A stretch of 60,488 nucleotides of DNA, the filler included. It is 4 parts of 4 records of this genome, joined end to end, with 100 filler letters (N's around TTAATTAATTAA, not from the genome) between each part and the next. Parts side by side here need not be neighbours in the genome. Positions count along the whole stretch, not along the records: positions 30,438 to 45,527 come from SRR31147125_418; positions 45,628 to 60,488 come from SRR31147125_439; 2 more parts are not named here. The stretch is one strand, 5' to 3'. The notes below the pieces were generated by a model, which did no database searches, was not told the origin of the DNA, and saw only the letters and a program-made list of their open reading frames with translations. The position numbers and the translations under genes were made by a program. Shown piece by piece: positions 41,340 through 51,854 of the stretch. The stretch's first letter is position 1. Each line of letters starts with the position of its first letter.

Positions 41340-42677
41340 TCATTCTTTTTCCACCTCTGAAATCACCACATCCATAATTTTTACCACCTGATCGATATCC
41401 GATTTTGTAATAATCAATGGCGGCGCGATTTCAATGGATTGATCGACACTGGCAAGGAGTACGCCGCGTTCCCTGGCTTTTTTGACGATCCTGGGAGCCG
41501 GATTTTTGTCAGCCGCAAACATGGCTTTGGATTTTTTATCCTGGACAAACTCAATGCCACACCAGAGCCCGATACCACGAACATCTCCCACAATGGGATG
41601 ATGTTCCAGTGTTTTAAGGCTATCCAGCATGTATTGCCCCATATCTTTGGCCTTTTTCAGCAAACCTTCTTTTTCTATTATACTAAGATTTGCCTCCGCA
41701 GCCGCACAACCCACCGCATGCATGGAGAATGTGCGGATCTCCATGAAAATTGGCAAAACCTCAGCTATAAGAGATTTTGTAATAACACCACCCATGGGCA
41801 CATAACCGCTGGTAAAGGCCTTGGCAAAGGTGAGCAAATCGGGCACGAAACCAAACTGCTCACAGGCAAACCAGTATCCGGTGCGGCCAAAACCGGTAAT
41901 CACTTCGTCGTCAATGAGCAATACACCATATTTATCGCATATAGACCGGATTTTGGGAAAATACTCGGGAGGTGGAATCTGAACACCTCTGGACTGCATC
42001 ACTGGTTCGGCAATAAAAGCAGCGATCTGATTGGGATCCTCAAACAGGATCTGTTCTTCAAGAGCCCGGGCGCATTCCAGCTCACAGTGGGGATAGGTTT
42101 TATTAAACGGACAACGATAACATGTCGGCGCCGGAATAAAGTAATATCCGGCCACTGGTGGTTGCATCATCTCGCGTATGGGACTCATGGACCCGGTGGC
42201 TGCCAGCGCGCCAAGTGTGGTGCCATGGAACGCACCTCGTCGTGAAATGATTTTATAACGATTAGGTTGATTTTGACAGGCAAAATACTGTTTGGCAATC
42301 TTAAACGCTGTTTCATTGGCATCGGATCCGCCGGTGGCAAGCGTAACAACGGATAACTCATTTGGAGCCAGGTCTGCCAGTTTTTTTGTCACATTGATGC
42401 CCGCAGGTGTAATGGTTTGCCGTGCTGAATGGCAGGGCACCTTTAAAGCCTGGTCATATAGCGCCTGAGCCATCTCAGGGCGATTATAACCCAGAACATT
42501 GGAACGTCCGGCTCCACCCAGGCAATCGATGTATTCACGACCCTCGGTATCATAAACACGAATACCATCGCCTTTTTCGAGGATCAGTGGTCCATCAGCC
42601 TGCATGTCTTTTCTGGGAGTTTTCATGAACAGGACGTGCTTGTTAACGGTCTCTTGTTGGTCGTTTTTATTGTTCAT
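41340..42677 (-). CDS. Class III PLP aminotransferase
   Basis: GGSDANE, AFHGTT, IAEPV, DEVITGFGRTG, FAK (PLP Lys), DVRGIG. Confidence 0.93.
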   Translation of the reverse strand: MNNKNDQQETVNKHVLFMKTPRKDMQADGPLILEKGDGIRVYDTEGREYIDCLGGAGRSNVLGYNRPEMAQALYDQALKVPCHSARQTITPAGINVTKKLADLAPNELSVVTLATGGSDANETAFKIAKQYFACQNQPNRYKIISRRGAFHGTTLGALAATGSMSPIREMMQPPVAGYYFIPAPTCYRCPFNKTYPHCELECARALEEQILFEDPNQIAAFIAEPVMQSRGVQIPPPEYFPKIRSICDKYGVLLIDDEVITGFGRTGYWFACEQFGFVPDLLTFAKAFTSGYVPMGGVITKSLIAEVLPIFMEIRTFSMHAVGCAAAEANLSIIEKEGLLKKAKDMGQYMLDSLKTLEHHPIVGDVRGIGLWCGIEFVQDKKSKAMFAADKNPAPRIVKKARERGVLLASVDQSIEIAPPLIITKSDIDQVVKIMDVVISEVEKE

Positions 42678-42746
42678 CAGCTAATCTCCATCTTTGTACA
42701 CCTGACCTGTTAAATAAAGAAAAGGAAATGATCAGATTGTCTTTAA

Positions 42747-42938
42747 TTATAAAAACTCCCATGCCTTATCCTCCTCAGGAGTCAGCCACTCTTTTTTCAG
42801 GGATGATTCACTTAAGATCGCTGTTTCACATTTTTCCAAAGAGCTTTTATATTTGATGTAGCGAATGAATTCGAGGATCTCGTCCAAATGATTGTCCAGA
42901 TTTTCAATTTCTTTGATAATGAGTTCTTTGCAGGTCAT
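42747..42938 (-). CDS. DUF2281-like orphan antitoxin-type protein
   Basis: MTCKELIIKEIE..EILEFIRYIK..SESSLKKEWLTPEEDKAW. Confidence 0.75.
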   Translation of the reverse strand: MTCKELIIKEIENLDNHLDEILEFIRYIKYKSSLEKCETAILSESSLKKEWLTPEEDKAWEFL

Positions 42939-43190
42939 GATTCTACCTCGTTCAGGTAGGTATGAGTACACTCTGTAAATGGTGAAAAGACACAGTTCAC
43001 CCTTTTTAGGGTGTATTTTAGTCGTAATAACATTAAAATACCATGATAACAGAAAAATAATGAATTGACTTACCTGTAATAAACTCAGGTGTAGTGTTTA
43101 AAAGGTATATTCAAATAAAAAATGATGAAATTCGTAATGAAAAACAAGCAAATTTTCCAGGACAAGAAAAATCAATGCAAGTTATCCCCA

Positions 43191-43222
43191 AAATCGCTCC
43201 CGGCGATTTACCGGGAGCGAAA
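43191..43222 (-). terminator. Intrinsic terminator after M48 peptidase
   Basis: TCGCTCCCGG-N7-CCGGGAGCGA stem with T-run on the minus strand. Confidence 0.75.
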
Positions 43223-43276
43223 GTCATAGATTGAAAACATGTGTGATGTGCACTTTTGTACTATTAATAAAATTTT

Positions 43277-44089
43277 TTAATTCTGCTTTTTATAATATTT
43301 CATCGCTTCAGGAATTTGTTCCTGGATTTTCCTGATTCGCGTTTCATCGGACGGGTGGGTACTCATAAATTCCGGCGGTGCCTGTCCGCCTTTCATGGCT
43401 GCCATTCGTTGCCAGAATCCCACCGCCACATTGGGATCGTATCCGGCCATGGCCATAAAAATGAGTCCAAGATGGTCTGCTTCGCTCTCATGCAAACGAC
43501 TGAATGGCAAAATGACACCAAATTGTGCTCCGGCGCCAAAAGCGGTCATCCATAGTTGTTGCGTTTGTGCTGGCTTGTCTTTTAAAGCAACAGCCAATGC
43601 CACACCGCCCAGTTGTGTAACCAGGCCCTGACTCATTCTTTCACCACCATGTTCGGCAATGGCGTGGGCGATTTCATGACCCATCACAACAGCCAGGCCT
43701 GCTTCATCTTTTGTAAGAGGCAATATGCCGGTATACACAACAACTTTGCCGCCAGGCATACACCAGGCGTTCACATCCGGACTCTCCACCAGGTTAAATT
43801 CCCATTTGTAATCCTGTATTCTGTCAGATAAATCATTGGCGGCCATGTATTCTTCAACAGCTTTTTGAATTCTGGCACCAACCGATTTGACCATTTGTTC
43901 CTGTTGTTTGTTGGAACTAAGCTTGTTGGTATTCAGAAATTCATCATATTGCTGAAAGCTCATGGACAACATGGTTGAAGCGGGGATAAGTGACAGTTGT
44001 CTTCTGCCGGTAACCGGAACTGTTGCGCATGACACAAAAAAGAAAACCAATAGAAGAAAAATAATACCATAATTTCGAAACGTTTTCAT
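43277..44089 (-). CDS. M48 family zinc metallopeptidase lipoprotein
   Basis: FVSC lipobox, NAWCMPGG, HEIAH, ESEAD, STHP. Confidence 0.93.
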   Translation of the reverse strand: MKTFRNYGIIFLLLVFFFVSCATVPVTGRRQLSLIPASTMLSMSFQQYDEFLNTNKLSSNKQQEQMVKSVGARIQKAVEEYMAANDLSDRIQDYKWEFNLVESPDVNAWCMPGGKVVVYTGILPLTKDEAGLAVVMGHEIAHAIAEHGGERMSQGLVTQLGGVALAVALKDKPAQTQQLWMTAFGAGAQFGVILPFSRLHESEADHLGLIFMAMAGYDPNVAVGFWQRMAAMKGGQAPPEFMSTHPSDETRIRKIQEQIPEAMKYYKKQN

Positions 44090-44411
44090 GAAAAAGGACT
44101 CCTTAAAAATATAAAGTTGTAACATCGATTGTAACCGAATTTAAGCCTGATCAAGTATTGTTATCTTGATATGAATATTGGTTTCAAATTCAGTCACAAT
44201 TATAGCGAAATTTCATAATCTTTAAACAAAACACGTCTCTTTTTGATTCAGTTTATTTGTAGATTGTTTCAATTTCCTCATAATGATTCCAAATTCATTT
44301 GGAAAATATTATCTGTCCACCCCAAATTTCAAATCCCCATTCCAATGCTGCTGTATTTTTCCGCAAATAATATCATATGTAAAACACATCGTTTTTAATC
44401 TGCACCAGAAA

Positions 44412-45326
44412 CTATTTGGCTTTGTGTTTTAGAAAAGTACCTTTTTGAAATTCGTCAAAGGCCATTCGCAATTCCTCATGGGTATTCATCACCACAGGAC
44501 CATACCAGGCTACTGGTTCCCCGATAGGCTTACCTGACACCAATATAAATCGCACCTGATTTTCTTCGGTTGTTATGGATAACTCATCTCCGTCAGTAAA
44601 AATCACCAGACTGTCCGGACCAATAAGGTTTTCTTTTTTATAATCGCTATAGATTTTTTCTTCCACATCATAACTATAGGGATCCCGTTCCGGATCAAAA
44701 TAGCCTTTACCTTGAATAACATAGGCAAAAACAGTATATCCCTTTTTTACCTGGTGTCTATAATGTGTCTGCTGCGGTACTGTCACGTCCAGATATCCCG
44801 GATTTATAATAATATCCTGAACAGGCCCCTCGATGCCATTGAGATTACCACAAATAATTTTTACAATAACACCATTATCCAGACGAACCTCGGGAATTTG
44901 CTCTATCTTGATATCCCGGTAGCGCGGCGGCATCATTTTGTGAGAAGCAGGCAGATTCGCCCATAACTGGAATCCCCACATTTCTCCATCTTTTTCCCCT
45001 TTTGGCATTTCCTGATGAATGATACCGCTGCCGGCTGTCATCCATTGTACGCCGCCAGGTAATATGACATCTTTATTCTCCATGCTGTCTCCGTGCTCGA
45101 CCGATCCTCTTAGCACATAGGTGATCGTTTCCATGCCCCTGTGAGGATGCCAGGGGAAACCACGGATATAATTTTCCGGATTGTTGGAATGGAATTCGTC
45201 AAGTAAGAGAAAAGGATCAAGTTGTGGTACATGTTCGTTGCCAAAAGCACGCCTTAAATGCACTCCGGCTCCCTCGAGAGTCGGTTTACTTTTCAAAACT
45301 TTTTTTATTTTTCTTACATGACTCAT
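44412..45326 (-). CDS. Pirin family protein
   Basis: DPFLLLD, HPHRGMETITY, WMTAGSGIIHQE, GPVVMN. Confidence 0.95.
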   Translation of the reverse strand: MSHVRKIKKVLKSKPTLEGAGVHLRRAFGNEHVPQLDPFLLLDEFHSNNPENYIRGFPWHPHRGMETITYVLRGSVEHGDSMENKDVILPGGVQWMTAGSGIIHQEMPKGEKDGEMWGFQLWANLPASHKMMPPRYRDIKIEQIPEVRLDNGVIVKIICGNLNGIEGPVQDIIINPGYLDVTVPQQTHYRHQVKKGYTVFAYVIQGKGYFDPERDPYSYDVEEKIYSDYKKENLIGPDSLVIFTDGDELSITTEENQVRFILVSGKPIGEPVAWYGPVVMNTHEELRMAFDEFQKGTFLKHKAK

Positions 45327-45527
45327 TATTGCACTCCCATCTAACAGGATTGTTTTTATCTTATTGGGTAAAAAGTGTGCCTAAACTGTAGTCACAAAAT
45401 TATCGTATTCCAGAGGAAGAAATACAATTGTATCTGATTTTTAATGTCCTGCTTTTTTACAAAAAAATAACAATTGGTAAATTGGAATTATTGCGTTCAT
45501 GTTGTAAATAAAATGATTTTATTTTTT

Positions 45528-45627
45528 NNNNNNNNNNNNNNNNNNNNNNNNNNNNNNNNNNNNNNNNNNNNTTAATTAATTAANNNNNNNNNNNNNNNNN
45601 NNNNNNNNNNNNNNNNNNNNNNNNNNN
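45528..45627. other. Artificial contig-joining spacer
   Basis: N44-TTAATTAATTAA-N44. Confidence 0.98.
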
Positions 45628-46152
45628 AAAAACATTTTGTGAAGCAAAATACTGATATAATGAACCTTTTAAAATTCCCGGATCATCAGGTATATTAAGT
45701 ACAGGTAATAAATAAGTATCAGAATAGAGAATTCAGATAGCTGTGCCTCTAATACGTCTTAAATTGAATAGTTTGGTGCCTTCATTGACATTAAATATAC
45801 TTGCTAGTATATGATCAGGTTCTATAAACCTCAATTCATTACTCATGGTTTGCTAGGCAAACCCATTTCATCTATTTCATTTGTAAAGCCTTGAATCATT
45901 GTAAAATTAGATAATGATGATTTATTTTATAGACAGTGGTTCCATAACCGGCTTTTCTAACTAAATATTGTTCTTGTACACGTGCACTAATCGCTGTGCG
46001 AATAGTAATCCGACTGACACCAAACATTTTAGAAAATTCAAGTTCTGAAGGTATAAGATCGCCTTGCTTCCATTCACCACTTTCTATTTTCGTTTTAATG
46101 CTTTGTCTTACTGAATATAAAATGGGTAATTGTTTGCTTTACTTAAAACCAT
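45628..46152 (-). pseudogene. Degraded GntR (HutC/UTRA-type) regulator, 3'-truncated; absent from the ORF track
   Basis: IESGEWKQGDLIPSELEFSKMFGVSRITIRTAI...GYGTTV. Frameshifts near the start and near 45848, and an in-frame TGA at 45733-45735. Confidence 0.75.
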
Positions 46153-46233
46153 AATGCCTCACTAGCCCTTATTTATTTTAATTGTATCATAAGCATAATA
46201 CATTAATGACTTCAATATGATTCAATGTATATT

Positions 46234-46251
46234 AAGTTGTAGTGACAACTT
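46234..46251. promoter_or_regulatory. Candidate GntR-family operator
   Basis: Inverted repeat AAGTTGT-AGTG-ACAACTT upstream of the gntR remnant. Confidence 0.5.
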
Positions 46252-46261
46252 TTTTATACAA

Positions 46262-46291
46262 ATAAAGCCAAACATATAAAAGTTTGGCTTT
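46262..46291 (-). terminator. Terminator after GH31 gene
   Basis: AAAGCCAAAC-N8-GTTTGGCTTT. Confidence 0.65.
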
Positions 46292-46335
46292 TACTTATAA
46301 ATTAAACTATTGCTATATCTACTGTTTAATATTCT

Positions 46336-48297
46336 TTAAATAATTGATTTAAACTTAAATGGTGGGCATTTACCTTTGGTACTATATTGATTATTTTCCC
46401 AATTTATTTCACAAATATCTTCATTATATATATATTGATAACTACCTTTGGACCCAAACCCATACAATATATATTTCTGGTCTAAAGTCTCATAAGTAAT
46501 ATAACTTGGGATAAGTAAGCTTTCATCAGTATTATACATAATTCCTTCACCTGATTTAATAAATACATTAATATCATCAATAAGTGCTTCTAATTCGATT
46601 TCTCTATTACCATTATATTTTTTATGATTAAATAAATGATACCATTTGCCTTTTGGTAAATATAATTTACTTATTTTTTGTCCATCTTCCAGTATAGGCG
46701 CTATTAAAAGATTTGTAAACATATATTGATTATATGAACTTTCTAATGGAAAATCATTAAAATCTATATACATGTGTCTCATAAGCGTCATATGTTTGTT
46801 ACTTAAAATCTTTGATTGACTATAGATATGATTTAATATATTCATCCGTAACCAAAAATATTTTTGAACATCATATACTAAATTTTTATCTTTATATTGT
46901 TTTCCGATATTCCATGGTGTTCTCTCATTATTCATGACAACTTCTTGATCAACTAATGAAAATTGCCCCCCCACAGGTTCAGCATGTAATTGCATAATAG
47001 GAGAAAAAGTAGCAAACTGAACAGATCTTTTATATAAATCAACGGGGGGGATGTATCCTGAAAATCCTCCAATATCAAAAGACCAAAAAGAAATACCCGA
47101 CATCGAAGCACTTATACCCGCTCGATAAACATTCATCAATTCATCCCATGAGGATTTTTGATCACCAGCCCATAAAATGCTTGATTTTTGAAATCCCAGA
47201 TATCCTGCTCTAGAAAATAAAACTCTTTGATTTCCTATAAATTCATGATATGCATCAATATATGATTGAACAAAACCATTTTTTAATTGCTTATTTTTTA
47301 GTTTTTCACTAACTAAACGATCTTCATAAATAAATTCTCCACCATCAGTTTTAAATCCATCAATACCTATATCTAACAAGTATTGTCTTCTTGAAAACCA
47401 CCATTCTCGCATTTTAGCATTTGTAAAATCAGGTACATAAGAATGTTTAAACCATTTATCCTTTGGAATTTGATAAGGTTTACCATTATTATTTTTTATG
47501 CATAAATCAAGATCAATTACAGCTTGTTTATCCAATTGGTGTTGTTCAAGTAGCGCTTCATGATCTTCTTCCATTTTAATCATTGGTGCTTGCCATAAAA
47601 TAAGTTTCAATCCTTTATCATGAAGATTCTTAACAAGTTTTTTTGGGTTATACCACACACTATTATCAAAATTAAAATCTTCATATGTCTTTGGATTATC
47701 AGATGCTTTATAAGTTGCTCCATTAAAAACATAGAATGTGGATTCATCGCTCCATTGTTCTATTACCATGACTGTAAATGGCGTTTTGTATTCTTCTATA
47801 TTTTGTATTTGATCTTCTACCATTTTTTGTGTATGCCATCGATGCGCAGACATCCACGGACCAAAAGACCATTTAGGTGGTATTAAGTATTCACCTGTTA
47901 ATTTAATGAATTCTTCTATGATATTTTTAGGTGATCCGCTAAAAAGATAGAGGCGATCTTCATCTAATAATTCTTTAAATAATACTATAATTTTATCTTT
48001 TTCGGTAAAAATTTCAAATACATTTTTTGAATCAATAAATATACCTAATCCATTATCAAAAAACATAAAAGGCAAAGGAAAATATGTCTTAGCGCCTTGA
48101 TAACAAAATTTTTCATAGACTTCGTTTTGATAATGCTGATTTATATGGTCTATACTTTGAAATCTTTCTCCTAAACCAAAAATATGTGATATATTACCCT
48201 TAATAATTATCTGATTTAAACAAAAATCAAATGTCGTACCATCATATACAATTTTATTTTTTTTAGATTCAATCCACGATTTGTTGTAAACAATCAT
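46336..48297 (-). CDS. GH31 glycoside hydrolase, cycloalternan-degrading-enzyme-like
   Basis: FGLGERF, PPKWSFGPWMS, IEQWSDE, nucleophile motif GIDGFKTDGGE, acid/base WAGD, DIGGF; no signal peptide. Confidence 0.85.
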   Translation of the reverse strand: MIVYNKSWIESKKNKIVYDGTTFDFCLNQIIIKGNISHIFGLGERFQSIDHINQHYQNEVYEKFCYQGAKTYFPLPFMFFDNGLGIFIDSKNVFEIFTEKDKIIVLFKELLDEDRLYLFSGSPKNIIEEFIKLTGEYLIPPKWSFGPWMSAHRWHTQKMVEDQIQNIEEYKTPFTVMVIEQWSDESTFYVFNGATYKASDNPKTYEDFNFDNSVWYNPKKLVKNLHDKGLKLILWQAPMIKMEEDHEALLEQHQLDKQAVIDLDLCIKNNNGKPYQIPKDKWFKHSYVPDFTNAKMREWWFSRRQYLLDIGIDGFKTDGGEFIYEDRLVSEKLKNKQLKNGFVQSYIDAYHEFIGNQRVLFSRAGYLGFQKSSILWAGDQKSSWDELMNVYRAGISASMSGISFWSFDIGGFSGYIPPVDLYKRSVQFATFSPIMQLHAEPVGGQFSLVDQEVVMNNERTPWNIGKQYKDKNLVYDVQKYFWLRMNILNHIYSQSKILSNKHMTLMRHMYIDFNDFPLESSYNQYMFTNLLIAPILEDGQKISKLYLPKGKWYHLFNHKKYNGNREIELEALIDDINVFIKSGEGIMYNTDESLLIPSYITYETLDQKYILYGFGSKGSYQYIYNEDICEINWENNQYSTKGKCPPFKFKSII

Positions 48298-50122
48298 TAA
48301 TGATTCCTCTAATCTCTTTTATTTTATTAATTCTTCTAAGTGCACTAACTTCTGCAGTAGCCCACATTAGCGGATTAATATATATATGTTGTTCATTTAC
48401 GCCATCAATTGCTTCTGGATAAATGCCATATTGATTGTGATGTTCATCTATCCAATTTAATATATTTTTATATGATATTTTTTCATCAATTAAATACGCA
48501 GTCATTGCAGCACCTGCTGTATTAAATATCCATGGACCATGATGATATTCTTGCTCACTGTATCCAAATCCAAACTGAAAATATGTTCCTTTTTTTAATA
48601 ACGTTTTAAAATTAGATTTAACATATTTATTTATAGGATATCCAAGGGAAGCAGCTAATAGCTGGGGTGTATCAATTCTTTTCACAATTTCTTGATCATA
48701 CGAAACATAGCCATATGCAAAATACTCTTCTTCCTCTAAAAAACATTGATTAATACTTTTTTCTAAATCATTTGCCATGGATAACCATTTAGTAGCAATA
48801 TTTTGTTGATCTAAATTATATGCTAAATATGCAGCATTTCTTAAACCAGCTGCGATGAACATATTCGTTGACACGATGTAAGCTGGTCCGTAAACACCTT
48901 CATTAACACCGCCTTCAGGGCCATATATACCTTTGTATTTTTTCACATGATATAATACTTCAATTATTTTTTTAATATAAGAAAACTCAACTACTAATTT
49001 TTTAGTTAACACATAATAATCTGTAACAACACTCGCAAAATATCCAATTGCATCTATTTGTGAAAACACTTGATTATTAGCACCTTCATCGGGTTCACCT
49101 TGAGCATTATATCTTTGATAAAATTCCCCATTTTCTTTTAATGGCCTTTTTGAAATATATTGAATAATTGATTCAAATTCTTTATATAGTCCATGATACA
49201 AAAACGCTCTAGAGGACATAAGTGCATCTCTAGTATACATAGTTACATGCTCTTTAGCAAAATAATGTCCTGTTAAATCCGAAGGCATAAATCCATTTAG
49301 CAATGCGCCTTTTAAAGCATTTATTTCAACTGCTGATTGTTTTTTAATATTTTTATTTGTTTTGTGCCAATAGTTTTTAACTAATTGTCTTTGATTATTA
49401 AAATCTATTTGATCAAGTGTCTTAATAATATTTTCCTTATCAGAGGAAAAACAAATAACCCATTTAACCAGTGCTTTTTTTTGGGGTTCTATTTCAATAC
49501 TTTTCATCATTGATAATGAAATAGGTAGTAATGACTCTAATTCAACAAAATCATTTGTTTTTTTCTCATATAATAAGTTTTCTATGCCTCGAAACATAAA
49601 TCCACTAGGTGCATCTTTTGCGACATAAAAATCGTCAACCATATCCTGTCTAATACCAAGCCAAACACGATCATATTCAATAAGAAAATAAGTCCCATAT
49701 TTGATAACTTTTTTTATTAGTTTAGGTGATGTTGTTATCAGTGATCCAATTTTAAATGTTTCTTTTAAATTTGATAAATTATTGATATGATTTTCAAAAT
49801 ATATAACATGATCATACACACCAACAATATCAATTTTTGTAAATTTTTCATAATCAAATACATCTTGATAAAAAACGCTGTCAATAACTGCAGATTTTGA
49901 TGCTTTTCGATATGGTCTTCCTATTTTAGGTTTAATTCTATCTCCATTATACGCAACATTATGGTGTGTTACAGCATTCCCTGCAGCATAAATATAATCC
50001 TCTTCGAAATTATTAATATATAAATGCTGTAGCCCTATTGCTTTTTGATCAATAATTGTTTCGTTCAATCCATAAAGACTGCTAAACTTATGCGTACCTA
50101 AAAATGTGATGCCTTTATACAT
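48269..50122 (-). CDS. Divergent GH15-like (alpha/alpha)6 glucohydrolase
   Basis: YTRD (cf. WxRD), QIDAIG, GVNEG (cf. WEE), YPEAID, NPLMWATAE (cf. PLxWSHA). Confidence 0.65.
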   Translation of the reverse strand: MYKGITFLGTHKFSSLYGLNETIIDQKAIGLQHLYINNFEEDYIYAAGNAVTHHNVAYNGDRIKPKIGRPYRKASKSAVIDSVFYQDVFDYEKFTKIDIVGVYDHVIYFENHINNLSNLKETFKIGSLITTSPKLIKKVIKYGTYFLIEYDRVWLGIRQDMVDDFYVAKDAPSGFMFRGIENLLYEKKTNDFVELESLLPISLSMMKSIEIEPQKKALVKWVICFSSDKENIIKTLDQIDFNNQRQLVKNYWHKTNKNIKKQSAVEINALKGALLNGFMPSDLTGHYFAKEHVTMYTRDALMSSRAFLYHGLYKEFESIIQYISKRPLKENGEFYQRYNAQGEPDEGANNQVFSQIDAIGYFASVVTDYYVLTKKLVVEFSYIKKIIEVLYHVKKYKGIYGPEGGVNEGVYGPAYIVSTNMFIAAGLRNAAYLAYNLDQQNIATKWLSMANDLEKSINQCFLEEEEYFAYGYVSYDQEIVKRIDTPQLLAASLGYPINKYVKSNFKTLLKKGTYFQFGFGYSEQEYHHGPWIFNTAGAAMTAYLIDEKISYKNILNWIDEHHNQYGIYPEAIDGVNEQHIYINPLMWATAEVSALRRINKIKEIRGIINDCLQQIVD

Positions 50123-50946
50123 TATTTGATTCCTCCTTCTGCCACGCCTCTAATGAAATATTTTTGTGCAAATGCATAAACAATAAGAATTGGAATCATA
50201 GACAATAGTGATCCGGCCATCAAAGTATTATATTCCGTACCATATTGTGCGTTTAACTTACTTAACATCAGTGGTAGAGTGATTTTATCGGGAGACGTTA
50301 AAACAATTAATGGCCAAAAATAATTATTCCAATATGCCATAAAATTAATTACAAAAAGTGTTGATAGTGGTACAATACTCATTGGTATAATTACTCTCAA
50401 ATATACTTGAAATACTGAAGCACCGTCAATAACTGCTGCTTCAATAAAATCATTTGAAATATTTTTCATATATTGTCTTAATAAAAAGATACCGAATACA
50501 TTAAATATGGAAGGAAAAATAACACCAGTATATGTATTGATAAGATTTACATTAGAGAATATAACAAATATAGCAATACCGGTGACTTGAATCGGAACCA
50601 TCATGCTTGCTAAAAACATTGTAAATAATACATTTTTAAATCTAAATTCAAATTTAGCAAATATAAACGCAGCTAAACTTGAAGAAACAAGTGTTAAAAA
50701 TGTTGATACTAATGTTATAAATATACTATTTAATAAAGCTCTAAAAAATGGAAAATCTTGAAGTATTTTAGTGTAACTATCAAAAGATATAGTTTCAGGT
50801 ATCCATTCTATTGGAATCGCCATCAAAGATGCATCTGTTTTTAAAGATGTCGATATCATCCACAAGAACGGAAGCAAGCTTGCTATTGTAACTAATAATA
50901 AAATAAATATGACTGAAAAATTTTCTAATTTAAATTTTTTATTCAT
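50122..50946 (-). CDS. Carbohydrate ABC transporter permease (MalG-like)
   Basis: PFLWMISTSLK, EAAVIDGAS, WNNYFWP. Confidence 0.93.
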   Translation of the reverse strand: MNKKFKLENFSVIFILLLVTIASLLPFLWMISTSLKTDASLMAIPIEWIPETISFDSYTKILQDFPFFRALLNSIFITLVSTFLTLVSSSLAAFIFAKFEFRFKNVLFTMFLASMMVPIQVTGIAIFVIFSNVNLINTYTGVIFPSIFNVFGIFLLRQYMKNISNDFIEAAVIDGASVFQVYLRVIIPMSIVPLSTLFVINFMAYWNNYFWPLIVLTSPDKITLPLMLSKLNAQYGTEYNTLMAGSLLSMIPILIVYAFAQKYFIRGVAEGGIK

Positions 50947-51819
50947 AATACACCCACTTCTTCTGGAAAATAAATTGAATTGCTGTAATGGATACTATAA
51001 TAAATAGTAAAATCATCGCGATTGCAGAAGCATATCCCATTTTAAAATATGCAAATCCATAAGTATATATTCTTTCAACAATCACTTCAGTAGAACCTAA
51101 CGGTCCCCCACCTGTCATGACCATGACTTGTGGGAATAATTGAAATGAATTTATCATTGTTGTGATTAACACAAAAAATATTGTAGGGGTCAATAATGGT
51201 ATTGTTATCCTTTTAATAATTTGAAATTGATTTGCGCCATCAATTTTTGCGGCTTCATATATTTGTTTATTAATACCTCTAAGCCCACCAAACAAAATGA
51301 GAGAAAAAAACCTAAATCTTTCCAAATACTTACGATAACAATTGATATCATTGCCCAATTAGGATCATTTAACCATGATGGACCATCTATACCAATAATA
51401 GCTAATAAATTATTTAGCATACCATATTGTCCGTTTAATACAGAACGCCATATAATTGAACCCGCAACCCATGAAGTAAGTACCGGAATAAACAATAATA
51501 TTCTAAATATTGGTACTCCTTTAATATCTTTATTAAATAACAGTGCTATAAATAATGAAGATATTAAAATGCCAGGAATATAAAAAACAATGAATTTTAA
51601 AGTATTTTTTAATACTTGATAAAATTCTTCACTTGTTAGTATTTCTTTATAATTTAAAAACCCTATAAATTGAGGAGATCCACCAATCATATCCCAATCA
51701 GTAAGGCTTATATAAAATGCAGATAACGTCGGAATAAGAGAAATAATAAAAAATCCTAATAAACTCGGTATTAAAAATAAAAATATGTATAGTTTTTGTT
51801 TGCTTTTTTGCACGATCAT
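50939..51819 (-). CDS. Carbohydrate ABC transporter permease (MalF-like); frameshifted at A7 51304-51310
   Basis: Adding one T joins WKDLGFF to SLILFGGL..YEAAKIDGAN..ITIPLL. Confidence 0.88.
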
Positions 51820-51854
51820 TATTATTTCTCCTCATTCGCGTTATTTGTTATTTA

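Noticed and set aside
31834-43831. Many long opposite-strand or alternate-frame ORFs (e.g. 31834-32379, 35680-36249, 41439-42245)
   Set aside because: They shadow well-supported genes in a higher-GC fragment and lack motifs or RBS.
44130-44411. Possible eroded gene or transposase fragment between the M48 peptidase and pirin
   Set aside because: The frame I translated is stop-interrupted and has no recognisable motif.
16334-45627. Three identical TTAATTAATTAA elements in N-runs as a biological repeat, and any functional link between genes across them
   Set aside because: Fixed 100-nt format, stops in all frames, truncated genes and composition shifts at each junction mark them as artificial joins.
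45733-45735. In-frame TGA as evidence for genetic code 4 in fragment 4
   Set aside because: Long Trp-rich ORFs in this fragment are open in code 11 using TGG; the TGA lies in an otherwise damaged gene.
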